Positions 18,907 through 21,454 of a stretch of DNA of 21,454 nucleotides are shown piece by piece. The translations under genes and the position numbers were made by a program. Source of the DNA: an uncultured Gemmatimonadota bacterium (GTDB taxonomy: Bacteria > SM23-81); the NCBI GenBank assembly GCA_964584035.1, contig CAZOYL010000004.1, forward strand, positions 1-21,454, read 5' to 3'. Every line of letters starts with the position of its first letter. The stretch's first letter is position 1. The notes below the pieces were generated by a model. That model had not been told where the DNA came from, made no database searches, and worked only from the letters and a program-made list of their open reading frames with translations.

Positions 18907-19701
18907 TCAATGCTCCTCCCCCGACCGGTCCGGCTTCTCACCCTGGACGATTAAATAATACCCCAGCGATCGATACAGAGCGCCCGGCAGCCTCCTCACC
19001 AGCGGCACGAACAGACCGTTGTAAAGCCGGGCGAACGGTCCCCGCCGGCGGTCGCTGGGGGCCGGATATTTATCGCAGGTGATACGGAGCCGGCCGAAGG
19101 CGGAAAACAGATCGCGCACCTGCCGCCGCGAATAGACCCGATTGATGGGCGGATCTCCGTCCTCGCTGTACAGCCGGGTGCCGGAAAGCCGTGCCAGGAA
19201 CACAAACCAGGAGAAGCGGTTGTGCAGAATGGCCAGAAACCGCCCGCCTGGCCTCAGGACCCGGTAGATCTCCTCCACGGCCCGGCCCTCATCGGGAGTG
19301 TACATCAGAATGCCCCGGGCCACCACCAGATCGAATGTTTCCGCCGCAAAGGGCAGCTCCTCGGCATCCGCCAGCAGCAGCTCAGCCGTCATGCGCCGCT
19401 GGGCCAGCAGCCGGCCGGTCAGCTCCACAGATCGCCGGGACACATCGATGGCCGACACCCGAAGGCCGTGGTGGAGATATTCGACCACGTCCAGGCCCAT
19501 CCCGCAGCCCACCTCCAGGGCTGCCTTCCCGCGACAGCTCGGCAGTGCCAGTAGTTTGGTGCTCAGCGCATAGGCTGGATCATGAGCCTTCTTGATGGTC
19601 TCGAAAAATCCCTCCGAGCCCCACCTTTGGCCGGCGACGCGCAATCCGGCGACATAACGGTCCCAGTACTCACGGACGGCTCGGAGATCCGGAGACGGCA
19701 T
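18907..19701 (-). CDS. Class I SAM-dependent methyltransferase
   Basis: ALEVGCGMG (motif I), AIDVS, ADAEELPFAAETFDLVV and EIYRVLRPGG. Start is either 19701 or 19725; both overlap the carbamoyltransferase tail. Confidence 0.9.
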   Translation of the reverse strand: MPSPDLRAVREYWDRYVAGLRVAGQRWGSEGFFETIKKAHDPAYALSTKLLALPSCRGKAALEVGCGMGLDVVEYLHHGLRVSAIDVSRRSVELTGRLLAQRRMTAELLLADAEELPFAAETFDLVVARGILMYTPDEGRAVEEIYRVLRPGGRFLAILHNRFSWFVFLARLSGTRLYSEDGDPPINRVYSRRQVRDLFSAFGRLRITCDKYPAPSDRRRGPFARLYNGLFVPLVRRLPGALYRSLGYYLIVQGEKPDRSGEEH

Positions 19702-21454
19702 GGCGGCTTCGCCTCGGCTCCTCATGATTGGCCCCTTCCACATTCCCCTCGGACGGGATCAGAAACGGCCCCATGGCCAGATAGTCCAGGTGCCCGATCT
19801 GAAAGGCCCGGATGGCATCGGCCGGGGTGCAGACAATGGGCTCCTCATGAATGTTGAAACTGGTATTGATGATGGTGGGCAGCCCGGTGATCTTGCGGTA
19901 CTCATCGATGATCCGATAGTAGCTCGGGTTGGTCTGCTGGTCGATGATCTGAGGCCGGGCCGTTCCATCCACATGCACCACGGCCGGACAGTGTTTCTTC
20001 ATCCAGTCGGTGCAGTCGAAGGTGATGGTCATGAACCGGGCCGGATAGCGGGCCCCGTCCATGTTCACATAGCTCCCCTCGGCATGGTCGGCCAGCGTGA
20101 CCGGGGCAAATGGCATGAACTCTGTGCGCTTCAGCCGCTTGTTGAGCCAATCGTTGACCGTCGGGTCGGTCGGCTGATAGAGGATCGAGCGGCTGCCCAG
20201 CGCCCGGGGTCCATACTCCATGCGGCCGTCGAAGCGGGCCACCACCCGTCCCTCGGCCAGCAGCTGGGCGATGCGCTTTTCGATCTCGGGAACATGTTCG
20301 AAAATGACGTCCTGATGGCGCAGTGCCTGTTCGATCTGCCGGTCACTGTAGCTGGGTCCAAAATACACGTCGGACAGTTTCCCGGGCTGCAGCCGGCCAT
20401 TATCTCTTCCGCTGAGCTCGGCGGCCAGGGCCAGAGCCGCTCCCACGGCCAGTCCCTCGTCGCCCATGCCGGGATGGATGAACACCGAGTCGACGTTGTT
20501 CAGCTCGTGGATCCGCTGGTTAAGCTTGACGTTGGCAAACACACCTCCGGCCAGGACCACATCACCGCAGCCGGTTCGGTCCACCCAGTGGCGGGCATAA
20601 GCTCCGCAGACGTCCTCGAGAACCTGCTGGATGCTGGCGGCCAGATCCTGGTGCTTGAATCCCTCGGGCAGGGCCCGCATCATAGCCTCGACGGCCGACC
20701 AGTAAAACACCTGGCCCGTATTGATGATCCGGCCGTCACGAAAATCGATAAACCGCTTCAGGATATCCGCGTAGATCGGCTCACCATAGGCGGCCAGGCC
20801 GGTGATCTTGCCCTCATGCTTCTGCGCCTTAAAACCGCAGATATGGGTGACATAGGCGTAATAATTTCCTACAGAATCAAAGCTGTCCAGGGCACACAGT
20901 TTGGTCAACCGGCCATCCTCGGCCGAATAGACATGGGAACAGCAATGGTCTCCGGCCCCGTCCATGGTGATGATCGTGGCCCGCTGGCGGCCGCCGGTAA
21001 AATAGGCCGAGCAGGCATGGGCGTAATGGTGATCGATGAACTGGACCGGGCAGTTCAGACCCCATCCGGCCTGCAGCAATTTCGGAATGGCCCGCCGCCG
21101 TTTCCGGCCCAGAAAGGTTTTCAGGCCGTAATAGGAGCGCTTCATGAACGGCCGGGCGCCGAAATATCGGGGGATCTTTCCCGATATGCTCAGCATGGCT
21201 TCCTTCAGGGGACCCTGATCCTTTCGCAGCCAGCCATCGTATCCTTCTGCCTGAGGCACAAAGTATTCGTGGACGGTGGCCACCGCCACAGCATCCACTT
21301 CCCCGGGCGCCGTGCCGGTATCCTCGAGAATCTGGGTGATGGCCCGATGGGGGAATCCGGTGGCCATCTTGGCCCGCATCAGGCGTTCCTCGTGGATGGC
21401 ATAGACCAGTTTGCCGTCCTCCCAGAGGGCCGTTCCTCCGGTCATGCCATCGGC
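19670..21454 (-). CDS. Carbamoyltransferase, NodU/CmcH/TobZ family, 5'-truncated by a few codons
   Basis: EERL.R.K, DHHYAHACSAY, MDGAGD, HEGKITGLAAYG, LAGGVFANVKLN, PGMGDEG, MEYGPRALGSRSIL, PFAP, HVDGTARPQ and NTSFNIHEEPIV. The frame is open to the window edge (ADG precedes the track's Met). Confidence 0.95.
   Translation of the reverse strand, partial: ADGMTGGTALWEDGKLVYAIHEERLMRAKMATGFPHRAITQILEDTGTAPGEVDAVAVATVHEYFVPQAEGYDGWLRKDQGPLKEAMLSISGKIPRYFGARPFMKRSYYGLKTFLGRKRRRAIPKLLQAGWGLNCPVQFIDHHYAHACSAYFTGGRQRATIITMDGAGDHCCSHVYSAEDGRLTKLCALDSFDSVGNYYAYVTHICGFKAQKHEGKITGLAAYGEPIYADILKRFIDFRDGRIINTGQVFYWSAVEAMMRALPEGFKHQDLAASIQQVLEDVCGAYARHWVDRTGCGDVVLAGGVFANVKLNQRIHELNNVDSVFIHPGMGDEGLAVGAALALAAELSGRDNGRLQPGKLSDVYFGPSYSDRQIEQALRHQDVIFEHVPEIEKRIAQLLAEGRVVARFDGRMEYGPRALGSRSILYQPTDPTVNDWLNKRLKRTEFMPFAPVTLADHAEGSYVNMDGARYPARFMTITFDCTDWMKKHCPAVVHVDGTARPQIIDQQTNPSYYRIIDEYRKITGLPTIINTSFNIHEEPIVCTPADAIRAFQIGHLDYLAMGPFLIPSEGNVEGANHEEPRRSRHAVSGSPSRP

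Overview
GC-rich bacterial DNA holding the interior of one large minus-strand surface-glycan (EPS/capsule/glycoprotein) biosynthesis locus: 16 co-oriented, tightly packed genes, cut at both window edges. In transcription order: NodU/CmcH/TobZ-family carbamoyltransferase (5'-truncated), class I SAM methyltransferase, cobalamin-binding radical SAM enzyme, GT2, CE4 polysaccharide deacetylase, a secreted DUF2341-like/beta-propeller protein, Wzx flippase and GT4. A 204-bp gap follows, containing a near-consensus sigma-54 promoter and two candidate enhancer sites. After it come a secreted 974-aa propeller-PKD-PKD-unknown module-3xFN3 protein, an intact ArnC/GtrB-type GT2, a paralogue lacking the catalytic motifs, a GT-C (ArnT/PMT-like) transferase, two GT4s and a second Wzx flippase (3'-truncated, missing from the ORF track). 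The most interesting points are the antibiotic-style tailoring enzymes in a flippase-dependent glycan locus, the sigma-54 sub-operon with an enzyme/pseudo-enzyme GT2 pair, the two secreted propeller proteins with unnamed modules, a 58-bp exact repeat, and a 90-bp patch of apparent T>A substitutions. No RNA genes, mobile elements or CRISPR arrays were seen. All family calls come from motif recognition by eye; no database search was run.
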